From positions 186,001 through 250,000 of IMG/VR virus record IMGVR_UViG_3300027754_000034: a stretch of 64,000 nucleotides of DNA; one strand, 5' to 3'. This document shows, in pieces, positions 9,233 to 19,065 of the stretch; position 1 is the first letter of the stretch; each line of letters opens with the position of its first letter. The notes under the pieces were generated by a model. That model searched no databases and had not been told where the DNA came from. It saw nothing but the letters and a program-made list of their open reading frames with translations. A program made the translations under genes and the position numbers.

Positions 9233-10966
9233 ATGAAAATAAAATCAGGTGAAAAATATGGGGGTTTATTATACGAAGGGCCTGATTATGAAGGAAAGAC
9301 AAGGGATGTAATCGAATTAAAATGTAACTGTGGTAGATTAAAAAAAGTACGTATATATAATCTATTAAATGGATCTACCAAAAGATGTGGATTGTGTAAT
9401 TCTATTACCCTTAAAAAGGGTGATGTATTTGGTAAATTATCCTACTTAGGTCCTACCATTGAATTACCAAAAGGGTCTAAGCGTAAAATTGAGGTTAAAT
9501 GTGATTGTGGTCGTCATAAAGATATTAAGCTAGTAAATTTAATAAATGGACTTAGTACCTCTTGTAATGAGTGTAATCACATTTTACTTAAATCGGGTGA
9601 AAATTATGGAAAGATTAAATATATTGGTTCGGACATTTACATAGGTCGGTCCAGTCATAAAAAGTTATCATTTGAGTGTGAGTGCGGTCGTCTCCATATT
9701 ACTGAACTTCAGTATTTAAATGACACCTCCTCATGCGGCAAGTGTGCTAATGTTATTTTAGAAAATGGTGAAAAGTACGTTAATTTTAAATACTTCGGAG
9801 AGCGTATAGAAATTTCTCCATATAGTAATAAGAAATTATCATTTGAATGTCGTTGCGGCACTATTAAGAATATATCGGTTCAATATATTACTAAAAATCA
9901 AAAGTCGTGCGGAAGTTGCCGAAATCAAGTCTTTGGTTGGTATCAAAATAACGCAGATTTATTGAAAAATGGTGTTCCTATTGATGGTATGTTACCGATT
10001 GGGGGACCAATTGTTTTAGAAAAAATAAAGAATGCGAGTGTTCCATTTTTGGCGCAATGTTGTGTATGTGGTAAGCAGTATAATCCGAGATATAAGGACA
10101 TTAAGCGTGGTCTTTCGTTAACGTGTGGTTGCACTCAAAACAAAACATCTTCATACAGTCTATTAATTTCGGATTACTTAAGTTCCCTAAACATAATTCA
10201 TTTTTTAGAGTATAAAGTTAATGGTTATTTTTACGATGTTTATATACCTTCGGCGAATTTGCTAATAGAAATAAATGGACTCTATTGGCATTCCTCAACT
10301 TTAGTATCTAACCTTGATGCACTTAAATATAAAACCGCATGTGAAGGTAATTATGATTTTATGATGATATATGAAGATGAAATCATAAATAAGTTTAATC
10401 TAGTAAAAGCATTGGTATTTAACCGCATTAAGTCTAAATCTTTCGTCTCTTTAAGACCCTCTCAGTGTGTAATGAAAAGGGTAGATAATCATGGATTAAA
10501 GGAATTACTAAACAACCATCACTATTTAGGTACCTGTACATTTAAGATAGGGTATGGGGTATTTTATGAAGGAATGCTTATAGCAGGCATTACTTTTTCT
10601 AGACCCACCAGGCAATCATCCTATGATTGGGAACTGACTAGGATGGTTAGTGACTCTAAGTATAAAGTACATGGAATATGGAGTAAACTCTGTGGTTTAT
10701 TCATCAGGGAAATAAACCCAAAATCAATGGTTTCATTTTCTGATAATAGACTATTTTCTGGTTTAGTGTATTCGAAGATTGGCTTTAAATATGATGGTAA
10801 TGTTCGCCCTGATTATTATTGGGTAAAAGGGAAAAACAGGTACCATAAATCAAGGCTCAGGAAGAAAAAAGGAGAAGTAGGAACTGAAAATGAGTTAAGA
10901 ATTTCCCAAGGTTATAGAAAAATAATGGACCTTGGCAAGAAGCGTTGGATATTAAATGTAACTTAG
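9233..10966 (+). CDS. Zn-repeat + Vsr/DUF559-like endonuclease + GNAT (Mom-related) fusion, copy A; homing-endonuclease-like
   Basis: Four ~58-aa G..YG.L...CxCG...SCxxC repeats plus a partial fifth; DVYIP..NLLIEINGLYWH nuclease motif; HHYLG...WELTRM...VSFSDNR..GLVY..IGF GNAT-like tail. Confidence 0.7.
   Translation: MKIKSGEKYGGLLYEGPDYEGKTRDVIELKCNCGRLKKVRIYNLLNGSTKRCGLCNSITLKKGDVFGKLSYLGPTIELPKGSKRKIEVKCDCGRHKDIKLVNLINGLSTSCNECNHILLKSGENYGKIKYIGSDIYIGRSSHKKLSFECECGRLHITELQYLNDTSSCGKCANVILENGEKYVNFKYFGERIEISPYSNKKLSFECRCGTIKNISVQYITKNQKSCGSCRNQVFGWYQNNADLLKNGVPIDGMLPIGGPIVLEKIKNASVPFLAQCCVCGKQYNPRYKDIKRGLSLTCGCTQNKTSSYSLLISDYLSSLNIIHFLEYKVNGYFYDVYIPSANLLIEINGLYWHSSTLVSNLDALKYKTACEGNYDFMMIYEDEIINKFNLVKALVFNRIKSKSFVSLRPSQCVMKRVDNHGLKELLNNHHYLGTCTFKIGYGVFYEGMLIAGITFSRPTRQSSYDWELTRMVSDSKYKVHGIWSKLCGLFIREINPKSMVSFSDNRLFSGLVYSKIGFKYDGNVRPDYYWVKGKNRYHKSRLRKKKGEVGTENELRISQGYRKIMDLGKKRWILNVT
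10204..10246 (+). repeat. 43-bp direct repeat, copy 2 (coding, start of the nuclease domain)
   Basis: Encodes LEYKVNGYFYDVYI; 42/43 identical to 9132..9174. Confidence 0.95.
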
Positions 10967-10968
10967 AT

Positions 10969-11952
10969 ATGTCTTGCATTCGTTTTATTACATCCTCTGA
11001 TGAGCATGTTGCTGATTTAGCACCGGGTTTTAGGAAGGATGACTATAAAGCCAGTATTTTAAAGAAATTAGAATGGCAGGGAGAATTAGCTAAAAGAGCA
11101 TCTTCAGATGCTATTCTACGTGGTGGCGACCTTTTTCATGTTAAGGCTGCTAATAAAAACACGCACGCCACCATGCAAAGGGTAGCCGAGATACATAGAA
11201 AATATCCGTGTCCTACTTATGCTTTGGCCGGTAATCATGATATGTCTAATAATGATCCTGATTCAATATTGCGTCAACAGCCCCTGGGTGTACTAATCAA
11301 AACCGGGACATTATATGATTTAAAGGAGGAAACCTTCGTGTCTGGTTCTATGAAGGTTAGAGTAGTGGGTATTGAATATACAACAGATTTGGGAGTGGAA
11401 ACCATTCATGATGCAGTTAGAAAAAATGATGATGACGTATATACTGTCGCCGTGATTCATGCTTTGGCGTCCATGGCTCCTTCTGAGAAGATTCAATCAT
11501 TTTTTAACGAAACGATTTTTGACTATAGAGATTTAGTATTTCCTGGATGTCCAGACGTATATGTTTTCGGACATTATCATAAGGATCAAGGAATACTAAA
11601 CCATTGCGGTATTAACTTCGTAAATTTGGGTGCAATATCTAGAGGAGCGTTAACTTTCGAGAATTTAGAAAGAAAGCCTAAGGTATCTATGCTTACGTTT
11701 GATTCATCGGGAGTTTCATGTGAGGAGATAATAGTTCCACACGAAGATGCGAAGGATATTTTCGACTTAGATCTAAAACGGAGATTAGACGTGGAAAGAA
11801 AGGATCTGGATGACTTCATAAGTCGTTTAAAAAAAGATTCGTCAGTTTCGCATTCCCTAAAGAAGGAGGAACTAGATAGTTTTCCGAGTGATTTAAAAAG
11901 TTTGGCCTTGGAAGTGTTAGAAGCTGCGGAATCCGGAGTATTAGAGGACTGA
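10969..11952 (+). CDS. SbcD/Mre11-like metallophosphoesterase nuclease
   Basis: SSDEH, GGDLFH, AGNHD, VIH, GHYH motifs; ATG 10969 preferred over the overlapping track start 10945. Confidence 0.8.
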   Translation: MSCIRFITSSDEHVADLAPGFRKDDYKASILKKLEWQGELAKRASSDAILRGGDLFHVKAANKNTHATMQRVAEIHRKYPCPTYALAGNHDMSNNDPDSILRQQPLGVLIKTGTLYDLKEETFVSGSMKVRVVGIEYTTDLGVETIHDAVRKNDDDVYTVAVIHALASMAPSEKIQSFFNETIFDYRDLVFPGCPDVYVFGHYHKDQGILNHCGINFVNLGAISRGALTFENLERKPKVSMLTFDSSGVSCEEIIVPHEDAKDIFDLDLKRRLDVERKDLDDFISRLKKDSSVSHSLKKEELDSFPSDLKSLALEVLEAAESGVLED

Positions 11953-11953
11953 T

Positions 11954-12814
11954 ATGTATTATGATTTGAGTTTAAGCTATTCGGGTCGTAAAATTTATTT
12001 AAAATGTCCGAAGCAATATCAATTTAAGTACATTTTAAAGGACTCTGCCGTATTTGATACTAAAAATACCTTATTCGGTTCTATAATCGGAAAGTTATTT
12101 GAGTGGTTTTATGAAAAGCAGGTCTGGAAGAGTAGCAATCCTTCAGACTTACTTCTCAGTATGAAGGCTGAAGCTATTGAATTAGTCTATTTAAAAAATG
12201 ACTATTTTAAGGGCAGTGATAGTTCCTTAGAATTGCGAATAGAAAGCGACCTGATTAAGTATGTGCCTCTCGGCGTTGAAACGATCAAGAATCAAGGGTT
12301 ACTTACTACTAATAGTAAGTCTGAATTAGATTTAACCATATTTTATAAAACCAAAGATGACCTAGTTTTAAAAATAGTCGGAATAGCCGACTTTGTGCAT
12401 TACAATAATGCATCTGATATTTGGATAATGGATGGTAAAGCTTATAAACAAAGAGAAAAATATGTGGATGCGGATCAATTGATGTGGTATGCTACTTTAC
12501 ATTATTTAAAATATGGAGTGGCTCCATCCCGGATAGGATTTATTTATTGGTTACATCCTGAAAATCCAATTAGTTATATATCGTATGATTCGGATTCTAT
12601 GCGTCTCCTTCTTCAAGATACCATAAATACCTGTAAGGACATATTGAATAAGAAATTCGATGCTAGACCTTCGGGTGAATGTCACCGATGTGCCTATAAA
12701 CCGAAATGTGAGGAGGGGCTCTGGCATATTGCTAAACGTCGACATGAATCTGGTGGGCACTTAGAAAATTCGATTTTTGATTTTGAAGATGTAACTTCTT
12801 CTAAAGGAGACTGA
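11954..12814 (+). CDS. RecB/AddB/Cas4-like PD-(D/E)XK nuclease with Fe-S cysteines
   Basis: N-terminal CPKQY, GIADFV...IMDGK, QLMWYA, C-terminal CHRCAYKPKC. Confidence 0.8.
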   Translation: MYYDLSLSYSGRKIYLKCPKQYQFKYILKDSAVFDTKNTLFGSIIGKLFEWFYEKQVWKSSNPSDLLLSMKAEAIELVYLKNDYFKGSDSSLELRIESDLIKYVPLGVETIKNQGLLTTNSKSELDLTIFYKTKDDLVLKIVGIADFVHYNNASDIWIMDGKAYKQREKYVDADQLMWYATLHYLKYGVAPSRIGFIYWLHPENPISYISYDSDSMRLLLQDTINTCKDILNKKFDARPSGECHRCAYKPKCEEGLWHIAKRRHESGGHLENSIFDFEDVTSSKGD

Positions 12815-13092
12815 TGATTATGGAAGACATAGAGACCAGGTACAAGGAATATCTCTCGAAAAGAGAGAAGGTGATGCAGGCAAAGATTAAGATAGAGGCT
12901 GCTCTCGCAGAGCGGAAAAAGCAGCTTCGTGATACTATGGAGGAGTGTAAGAAATTAGGGCATAACCCCGATACTTTGTCTGAGGATTTAAAAAAGATGA
13001 AGGAAGTATTACTTACTAAATTAAGTATTTGTGAGTCGGATCTTGAAGCAGCTGAAGAGTCAATACTGCCGATGCTAAAAGAGATAGAATAA
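12814..13092 (+). CDS. Small coiled-coil protein
   Basis: 92 aa, heptad-like E/K/L-rich. Confidence 0.65.
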   Translation: MIMEDIETRYKEYLSKREKVMQAKIKIEAALAERKKQLRDTMEECKKLGHNPDTLSEDLKKMKEVLLTKLSICESDLEAAEESILPMLKEIE

Positions 13093-14201
13093 TGTCTATG
13101 TCTGCTAAATCTAAGGATTTAAAGTCCGGATTAAACTTAGCAAAAGTAGTAAAGCCTACTGATGGAGAATATAGAATTTCCATCTCAGGTGGTTCAATTG
13201 CTATCATCAGCAGTGACAAAAGAAGGTATCTATGTGCCTTTTTGACTACAAGGATGGGTGATGGGATTACTGAAGATTTCTTATTACCCCAGGACAGGTC
13301 TTCGATTTTCGAGGCAGACTTAGATGATGTTGATTTATCAATTAACGAAAAAGGACTTTCGCTAAAATATTCGGGAGGAGGCACTAAGAAGTCTGCAGTG
13401 ATAAAACGCAGATCTCCGTCGAAAAAGGGAGTGTTGGGAAAATCTATAATCATTGATGAAGAAGAATGGAGAATAGAATCTAATCTATTAGATGAACTTC
13501 TTACTGTAGCGTCGGCTTCTGCGTTAGTTCATGAAACTAAAACAGAAGAGGATATGAAAATGAATCAAATAATATTTGATTCGAAAAACAACTGTATCAT
13601 ATCGAATGCAAGATACTACGCAACTTTTGTTTTCCATCCGTCCATAAAGAAAGATATCTCAATTATCAGTGCTGATATACCAACAATCAGGGCATTCTGT
13701 AATAGATGTAAGGGTGATATATTAATATCCTGTGATAATGTAGGTTTATGTTTTAAACATCAAGAGACCGGGAGTTATCTTATTATCAATAAAATAAATA
13801 GTAAGCAGTCGAAAAATCCATCTGTTCCGGATGTTAGGGAATCTATCATAAATATTCAGTGTAGCACGGCACTTTTCAAAGATGCTATTAAATGGTCTGG
13901 CGTCACTTTAGAGGGAACGCAAAGAATTTCGATTCAGAGCGAAAATGATGGTGATTCGGAGGTCTTAAAGTTTTCTCAGTCTGATAGAGTGCTTACTTCG
14001 ATTCCGATTTTATCTAGTGGTAATACTTCTTTTTCTGCGGATTTACCCTTGAAGGTATTGGATAATATATCCTGTTATCTATTAGATGGAAATGTTGTTA
14101 TACGTCATGGATTAAAAGCATTTCCGGATGTTGTTATGTTCGAGCAGACTTTAGAAGACCTTAAGGTACAACATTTTGTAAGGAGTATGAGATCGAAATG
14201 A
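13092..14201 (+). CDS. Putative DNA sliding clamp (DnaN/beta-like)
   Basis: 369 aa (DnaN size); IISSDKRRY, ISNARYYAT and VPDV...FKDAIK resemble beta-clamp repeats; clamp-loader genes nearby. Confidence 0.45.
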   Translation: MSMSAKSKDLKSGLNLAKVVKPTDGEYRISISGGSIAIISSDKRRYLCAFLTTRMGDGITEDFLLPQDRSSIFEADLDDVDLSINEKGLSLKYSGGGTKKSAVIKRRSPSKKGVLGKSIIIDEEEWRIESNLLDELLTVASASALVHETKTEEDMKMNQIIFDSKNNCIISNARYYATFVFHPSIKKDISIISADIPTIRAFCNRCKGDILISCDNVGLCFKHQETGSYLIINKINSKQSKNPSVPDVRESIINIQCSTALFKDAIKWSGVTLEGTQRISIQSENDGDSEVLKFSQSDRVLTSIPILSSGNTSFSADLPLKVLDNISCYLLDGNVVIRHGLKAFPDVVMFEQTLEDLKVQHFVRSMRSK

Positions 14202-14833
14202 ATGCGGTATCAGTGCTTGAATCCAAATTTCACAATATTTCACGAAAATTGGATAAGTTAAATGCTTATCAGAGTTTACTCAGTAATAGGCTCGCGAAAG
14301 CTAGTATTGAGTCTCAGGATCATAAATATAAATCCGAGTTATATCTAAAATGTTCGACAATATTTAAGAGATGGTTAGAGGATTCAATTGAAAGAAATGT
14401 AGAATCTATTTCAGAATTAACGACTACTGGATTGAATTACATCATACACGACCAGCCCTTAAAATTCTTAATTAAGCAAGAGCAAAAAAATAATCGTATA
14501 TCCATGAAATTCGCCTTAGAACAGGATGGGTTCGAGGGAGACCCTCTTTGTTCATACGGCGGAGGGGCTGCAGTGGTAATATCATTAATTTTACGTTTAT
14601 CTATAATGCAAAGATTGGGACTTGGCAACTTATTAATATTGGATGAATCGATGGTGGCATTAGCGAACACATATGTACCGAATGCTGCATCATTCATTAG
14701 ACAACTATCGGAAAAGACGGGCGTAAATATATTGATGGTCACTCATAATCCTGAGTTTTTAAATGGTGCCCACACAGCCTATGAGGGTTTTAAGTCAGAT
14801 TCATTGCACCTGAAATGTATAGTTAATACATAA
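14198..14833 (+). CDS. SbcC/Rad50-like ABC ATPase, C-terminal half only
   Basis: Coiled coil, SYGGG signature, LLILDES Walker B, MVTH H-loop; no Walker A. Confidence 0.75.
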   Translation: MNAVSVLESKFHNISRKLDKLNAYQSLLSNRLAKASIESQDHKYKSELYLKCSTIFKRWLEDSIERNVESISELTTTGLNYIIHDQPLKFLIKQEQKNNRISMKFALEQDGFEGDPLCSYGGGAAVVISLILRLSIMQRLGLGNLLILDESMVALANTYVPNAASFIRQLSEKTGVNILMVTHNPEFLNGAHTAYEGFKSDSLHLKCIVNT

Positions 14834-14834
14834 A

Positions 14835-15326
14835 GTGAAAACGCAAATAGAAATAGAACGCCGATTGATTAAACTAACTAATCGGCATAAGAAAAGACAT
14901 TTGGGCGCAAATTTGTCTAAATTACCAGAAAACTGTAAATATAATTACTTACATGAACCAAACACGTTAGAGTACAATTCTTCTTTAGATGATTCCGATG
15001 TCGTAAAAATTTCTGAAGATAAACCCGTACGGATTTGCATGTATGGATCCGAAAATCCGGCAAAATGGAATGGTGATATATGTGATACTAAAGAGGTATC
15101 ATCGGGGTGTGGATATTTTTGCCCGAAAAAGAGCGCAGATCAATTGTCTGCTGAATTTAATGAAATGATTACGGATGATGGGTATACTATTGAAAATTAT
15201 TCAGATGTGGCTGCTTTGCAATGGGTGGTGAATGATAGAACCGTAAATTTGAAAAATCACTCTTTCTTCGTATATTATGTGTTATTAGTGTATTCTAAAT
15301 TATGTATGTTTTTTAAAAGTGTTTAA
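14835..15326 (+). CDS. Hypothetical Cys-containing protein
   Basis: 163-aa ORF, GTG start. Confidence 0.6.
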   Translation: MKTQIEIERRLIKLTNRHKKRHLGANLSKLPENCKYNYLHEPNTLEYNSSLDDSDVVKISEDKPVRICMYGSENPAKWNGDICDTKEVSSGCGYFCPKKSADQLSAEFNEMITDDGYTIENYSDVAALQWVVNDRTVNLKNHSFFVYYVLLVYSKLCMFFKSV

Positions 15327-15328
15327 CT

Positions 15329-15916
15329 ATGTCATGGTTACATAAAATATTGGATCATGACCTTCATAAAACGAAGGTGGGCATGAACTCCAGGGTCCTT
15401 CTCATAGAGACCCCGGGAAAAAAAGAATTTCTTCCATGTGTTGTTAGCACTGCGGATAAAGGAAGATTTCTAATTAATAATTCTATTACCAAGGAAGGTC
15501 GAATTAGGTCTGGAGTATTCGAAGGAGCTGAAGAGTCGTTGGATGTAATTATTCCTCCTTTGTTTACGAAGGCATATGAATTATCTATCCAGAAGGAATA
15601 TTCGAATATTTTTAGTGATTCCCAGAGTTGTCTGTCTTATATAAAGGATAAGAGTGGGTTTAAAAAGGTCCCCGGTATGTGTTTTATTCCATTCTCATGG
15701 TCAGATGTGAATCTTAAAAGGGTTTTTCCGGGGTTATCGTTAGAAGACGGGATGATTAACGGTTATTGTAAATTCTTAAAAATTGAAATGGAATTTGCTG
15801 TGTTTTTATCTAGACCTGATTTTGTGGGCCTATACACTAGACTACCGAATAATCAGAATAGTGTAATTCTACATAATGTTGAATTTGGTCTCGCGTTTTT
15901 AACACTTAATGTCTGA
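15329..15916 (+). CDS. Hypothetical protein
   Basis: 195-aa ORF in the operon. Confidence 0.6.
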   Translation: MSWLHKILDHDLHKTKVGMNSRVLLIETPGKKEFLPCVVSTADKGRFLINNSITKEGRIRSGVFEGAEESLDVIIPPLFTKAYELSIQKEYSNIFSDSQSCLSYIKDKSGFKKVPGMCFIPFSWSDVNLKRVFPGLSLEDGMINGYCKFLKIEMEFAVFLSRPDFVGLYTRLPNNQNSVILHNVEFGLAFLTLNV

Positions 15917-16715
15917 TTTTTTAAATAATTTCGTTGAATGGTCAAATGATCAGCTATTTTGCTCAGAAGTAGCAGTGGATTTCCTTCATGGTAGAGGTTC
16001 ATCGGAATACCAATGGCGAAAGCACAGTATCGGTTTTGTTTCTAATACTTATGTTCCAGATTCAGATTTAGATAGTGGTCATGGTGAATATTGTTATGAA
16101 GAAGCAGATAAAAATCGGGTCTGTGATACTTGTCGATTTAAAAAGTGGTCCACTTTATATTCAAAAGATGATCCTGTCGTTGGTGGGAAATTAATTAATA
16201 ATATAGTATACCCTCTTACTACATACTCTGGTCAGATACTTGGGGTTCAAGTCCGGTCTATTCGAGAAAAAAGATATGATACTTTCATGAGAAAGTATCG
16301 ACCCGAACCATATTTTTTTGGTACTAAGGGGTCTATTGATAAAATATGGTTAAGGAAAAAGGTAATTTTAGTAGAAGGTCCATCGGATATGTTGACTGTT
16401 GAGAGGTTTTGCGATTTACCTGTGTTGGCTTTAACCACAAATTCCACTAATGAATCTCAAACCAGATTTCTAAAGTTATTTGTTCAGAATATACTACTAT
16501 GTCTAGACAATGATATAGCCGGAAGAGAAGGCACCAATAAAATTTATAACAAATTACAAGAATATTTGACCGTTTCGATTGTAGATTATAAAAAATCAGG
16601 ATTGAAGGCCAAGGATTTAAATGAGATGTGGCAAGTTCTTAAGGATGAGAACTTCGCATCACATTTAAAAAGTGTTTTAACAGAATTGGAAGGAACCAAA
16701 AATGAGCGAGAATGA
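15909..16715 (+). CDS. DnaG-type primase (Toprim core)
   Basis: IVYPL...GQILGVQVR, VILVEGPSD, CLDNDIAG DxD motif, KDLNE. Confidence 0.8.
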   Translation: MSDFLNNFVEWSNDQLFCSEVAVDFLHGRGSSEYQWRKHSIGFVSNTYVPDSDLDSGHGEYCYEEADKNRVCDTCRFKKWSTLYSKDDPVVGGKLINNIVYPLTTYSGQILGVQVRSIREKRYDTFMRKYRPEPYFFGTKGSIDKIWLRKKVILVEGPSDMLTVERFCDLPVLALTTNSTNESQTRFLKLFVQNILLCLDNDIAGREGTNKIYNKLQEYLTVSIVDYKKSGLKAKDLNEMWQVLKDENFASHLKSVLTELEGTKNERE

Positions 16716-17181
16716 CGCAGTTCGTAACAAAAAAGAAAAAACCGCAGCCATCCCATTACTTTTCGGAGATTTTGAGGCCGCTGAGGTTATTTCCCATAAC
16801 TTGATAGCAAAGCACCATCACGAACTTAGTAGTGCAAAATTTAGGTTTCTTTGCCGCAACAGGTCAACAATGGCGGGCGGAGAAAAAGTACCTGGAAACA
16901 TTAAGAAAGCATCCCCCATGGAAAAACATGTCTGTGGGGGAGAAGTCGATTTTATAATGGTTGTGTCTTTGGATGTTTGGAATGACCTTTCGGTGATGCA
17001 AAGAATAGCTCTTGTAGATCACCTTTTGACGCGTTGTGTTATGCTGGAAGATCCTAAGACTGGAGAACCGAAGTATAAGATACGACCACCTCAAGTCCAA
17101 GAGTTTCCAGAAATAGCTGAGAGGTATGGAACCTGGAATGATGGTTTGGTAGAATTGAACGCATGTCTGAAAGATAAGTGA
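16702..17181 (+). CDS. Phage metallopeptidase-like protein (degenerate HExxH)
   Basis: DFIMVV..DVW..L...QRIALVDHLLTRC resembles the putative phage metallopeptidase family. Confidence 0.45.
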   Translation: MSENDAVRNKKEKTAAIPLLFGDFEAAEVISHNLIAKHHHELSSAKFRFLCRNRSTMAGGEKVPGNIKKASPMEKHVCGGEVDFIMVVSLDVWNDLSVMQRIALVDHLLTRCVMLEDPKTGEPKYKIRPPQVQEFPEIAERYGTWNDGLVELNACLKDK

Positions 17182-18563
17182 TGTTAGATCTAAAGTATAG
17201 ACCTTTGAAATTTGCCGATGTAATCGGTAATGTAGGTCCTGTTACTGTTCTAAAAAGAAGAAGTAACGACGGTACTTTGCTTCAAAGGTCTATACTTTTA
17301 GGTGGCCCAAAAGGATGTGGGAAGACTACGCTAGCCCGTATAATATCTAGAGCATGCATATGTAAAAATAAGGATGAAGGCGAACCGTGTAATGAATGTT
17401 ATGACTGTCGTTCTATTATGGATGGTTCATCCTCATCAGTATTTGAATTCGATGCTGCTGCTCATGGGACAGTAGATAACATTCGGAACATAGTTGATAA
17501 CTTAGACTATGTAAACTTCGATGGTAATCCTACTATTCTAACTCTAGATGAGGCACATCGTTTAAGCCCAGCATCCCAAGATGCAATGCTTAAATCGATG
17601 GAAGACAGAAGTCTTTTTGCGATTCTTTGTACTACTGAACCAAATAAAATACGTTCAGCAGTAAGGGATCGGGTAGATGAATACTCTATTCGTCAACCTG
17701 ATAAGGATTCATTAGTTAGTCATTTATCTACTATATGTGATAAAGAAGGAATATTGTACGAAGATAAAGCCATATCAATAATTGTGGATTTTAATGATAA
17801 TTCCCCAAGGTCTAGTATAAATGCGATAACATCGTTATCATATATCGGGGGATTAAGCGAAAAAAGTGTCGGAGAATATTATAAATTTAGTAGTATTGAT
17901 GTGTTAAAAAGAGGTCTTTCGTATTTGGCTGAAAACCCTTCCTTCGCTATAGGAGAAATTTATGAAGTACTAGATAAAGAGCCTGCTTCATGGGTAAAGG
18001 ATACGATTTTAAAGCTAATAAATAACTCCATAAGACATGCTCATTCCATTAAAACGAATTTTTCATATTTTTTCATACAAAAATCAGATATTGTGAAGTA
18101 TGTTGGTATTAGCAATGTACTATCTAATATATTGAAGCCTACCAATGTGGATATAGAACTTGCTTTGCTTTCTGTTCTTAGTAAAACGAGGGAGTCTGCT
18201 CCTGTCGAGCATAGGAGTCATTCCAATAGTGTCCATAAATCATCTTTTGATCAGTCTGTTCCTCATACCGAATCAATAAAACCAGAGGCTGAGTTAAGGA
18301 GCGTTCTCGTAAGAAGTGACTTAACGCGGTACGCGGAATTTTCATCAACGAAGAGTCGTATTCTTGAAGTAGACGGGGTAAAATTTACTTCTGAAGAATC
18401 TCTCACTTCAGTGGACATGAAAATGGGTCCAGGACGTAAACCAGATATTATGAAAGAGGAGACGATTTTATCAGATATTGATAATAGTAAAGTACCTATA
18501 TCAGATCAGGAGTTCAGTCGTGTCTTCACTGAAAAATTCTCAAGGCGATTCATCAACAACTAA
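17178..18563 (+). CDS. dnaX: DNA polymerase III gamma/tau clamp-loader ATPase
   Basis: KYRPLKFADVIG, GPKGCGKTT, C...PCNEC..C zinc site, EFDAA, LDEAH, LCTTEP. Confidence 0.92.
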   Translation: MMLDLKYRPLKFADVIGNVGPVTVLKRRSNDGTLLQRSILLGGPKGCGKTTLARIISRACICKNKDEGEPCNECYDCRSIMDGSSSSVFEFDAAAHGTVDNIRNIVDNLDYVNFDGNPTILTLDEAHRLSPASQDAMLKSMEDRSLFAILCTTEPNKIRSAVRDRVDEYSIRQPDKDSLVSHLSTICDKEGILYEDKAISIIVDFNDNSPRSSINAITSLSYIGGLSEKSVGEYYKFSSIDVLKRGLSYLAENPSFAIGEIYEVLDKEPASWVKDTILKLINNSIRHAHSIKTNFSYFFIQKSDIVKYVGISNVLSNILKPTNVDIELALLSVLSKTRESAPVEHRSHSNSVHKSSFDQSVPHTESIKPEAELRSVLVRSDLTRYAEFSSTKSRILEVDGVKFTSEESLTSVDMKMGPGRKPDIMKEETILSDIDNSKVPISDQEFSRVFTEKFSRRFINN

Positions 18564-19065
18564 CACTTCCAAGAAATGGGTGGTAGTGCAATTATCTTCC
18601 ACAGGAGAAAAAGAGAAAAATATTAATCTCTTTCAGAGATCTGTAAAGCGTTATCTCGGAAAGGATCTTTCCGTATTTGTTCCAGCTGCAAATTTATCGG
18701 CTAGAGAAGATAACCATGTTATGTATTACATGGATGGATATATTTTTATCGAACATGCTGCAAATATACAATATAATAAATTAAATGAAACCGCGTATTT
18801 TATGAGGGTCTTAACTCACCCGAAAACGGGTGTATGCCTAATTAATGACTCGGAAATCGAGGTCATGAGAAAGGGTATGGAAAAAATGAAGAAAGGTATC
18901 TTCGATAAGAATGATGAAGTGAAGGTAATTCGTGGTTCATTTAAAAATCTTACAGGGAAGATATCAGAGGTATATGATGGTGGAGAATTCGTTCAGATTG
19001 ATGTGGGATTGTTGAGTAAGCCCTTGCTAATAGATTACCCGGCAAATTATTTGATGAAGTTATGA
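18478..19065 (+). CDS. nusG: NusG-family transcription elongation/antitermination factor
   Basis: WVVVQL, VFVP, MDGYIFIE NGN domain plus KOW (DEVKVIRGSFKNLTGKISEV); true start uncertain. Confidence 0.8.
   Translation: MIIVKYLYQIRSSVVSSLKNSQGDSSTTNTSKKWVVVQLSSTGEKEKNINLFQRSVKRYLGKDLSVFVPAANLSAREDNHVMYYMDGYIFIEHAANIQYNKLNETAYFMRVLTHPKTGVCLINDSEIEVMRKGMEKMKKGIFDKNDEVKVIRGSFKNLTGKISEVYDGGEFVQIDVGLLSKPLLIDYPANYLMKL

Noticed and set aside
11954-12814. Cas4/CRISPR-Cas system
   Set aside because: The Fe-S PD-(D/E)XK nuclease lies in a recombination operon; no array or other cas genes are visible
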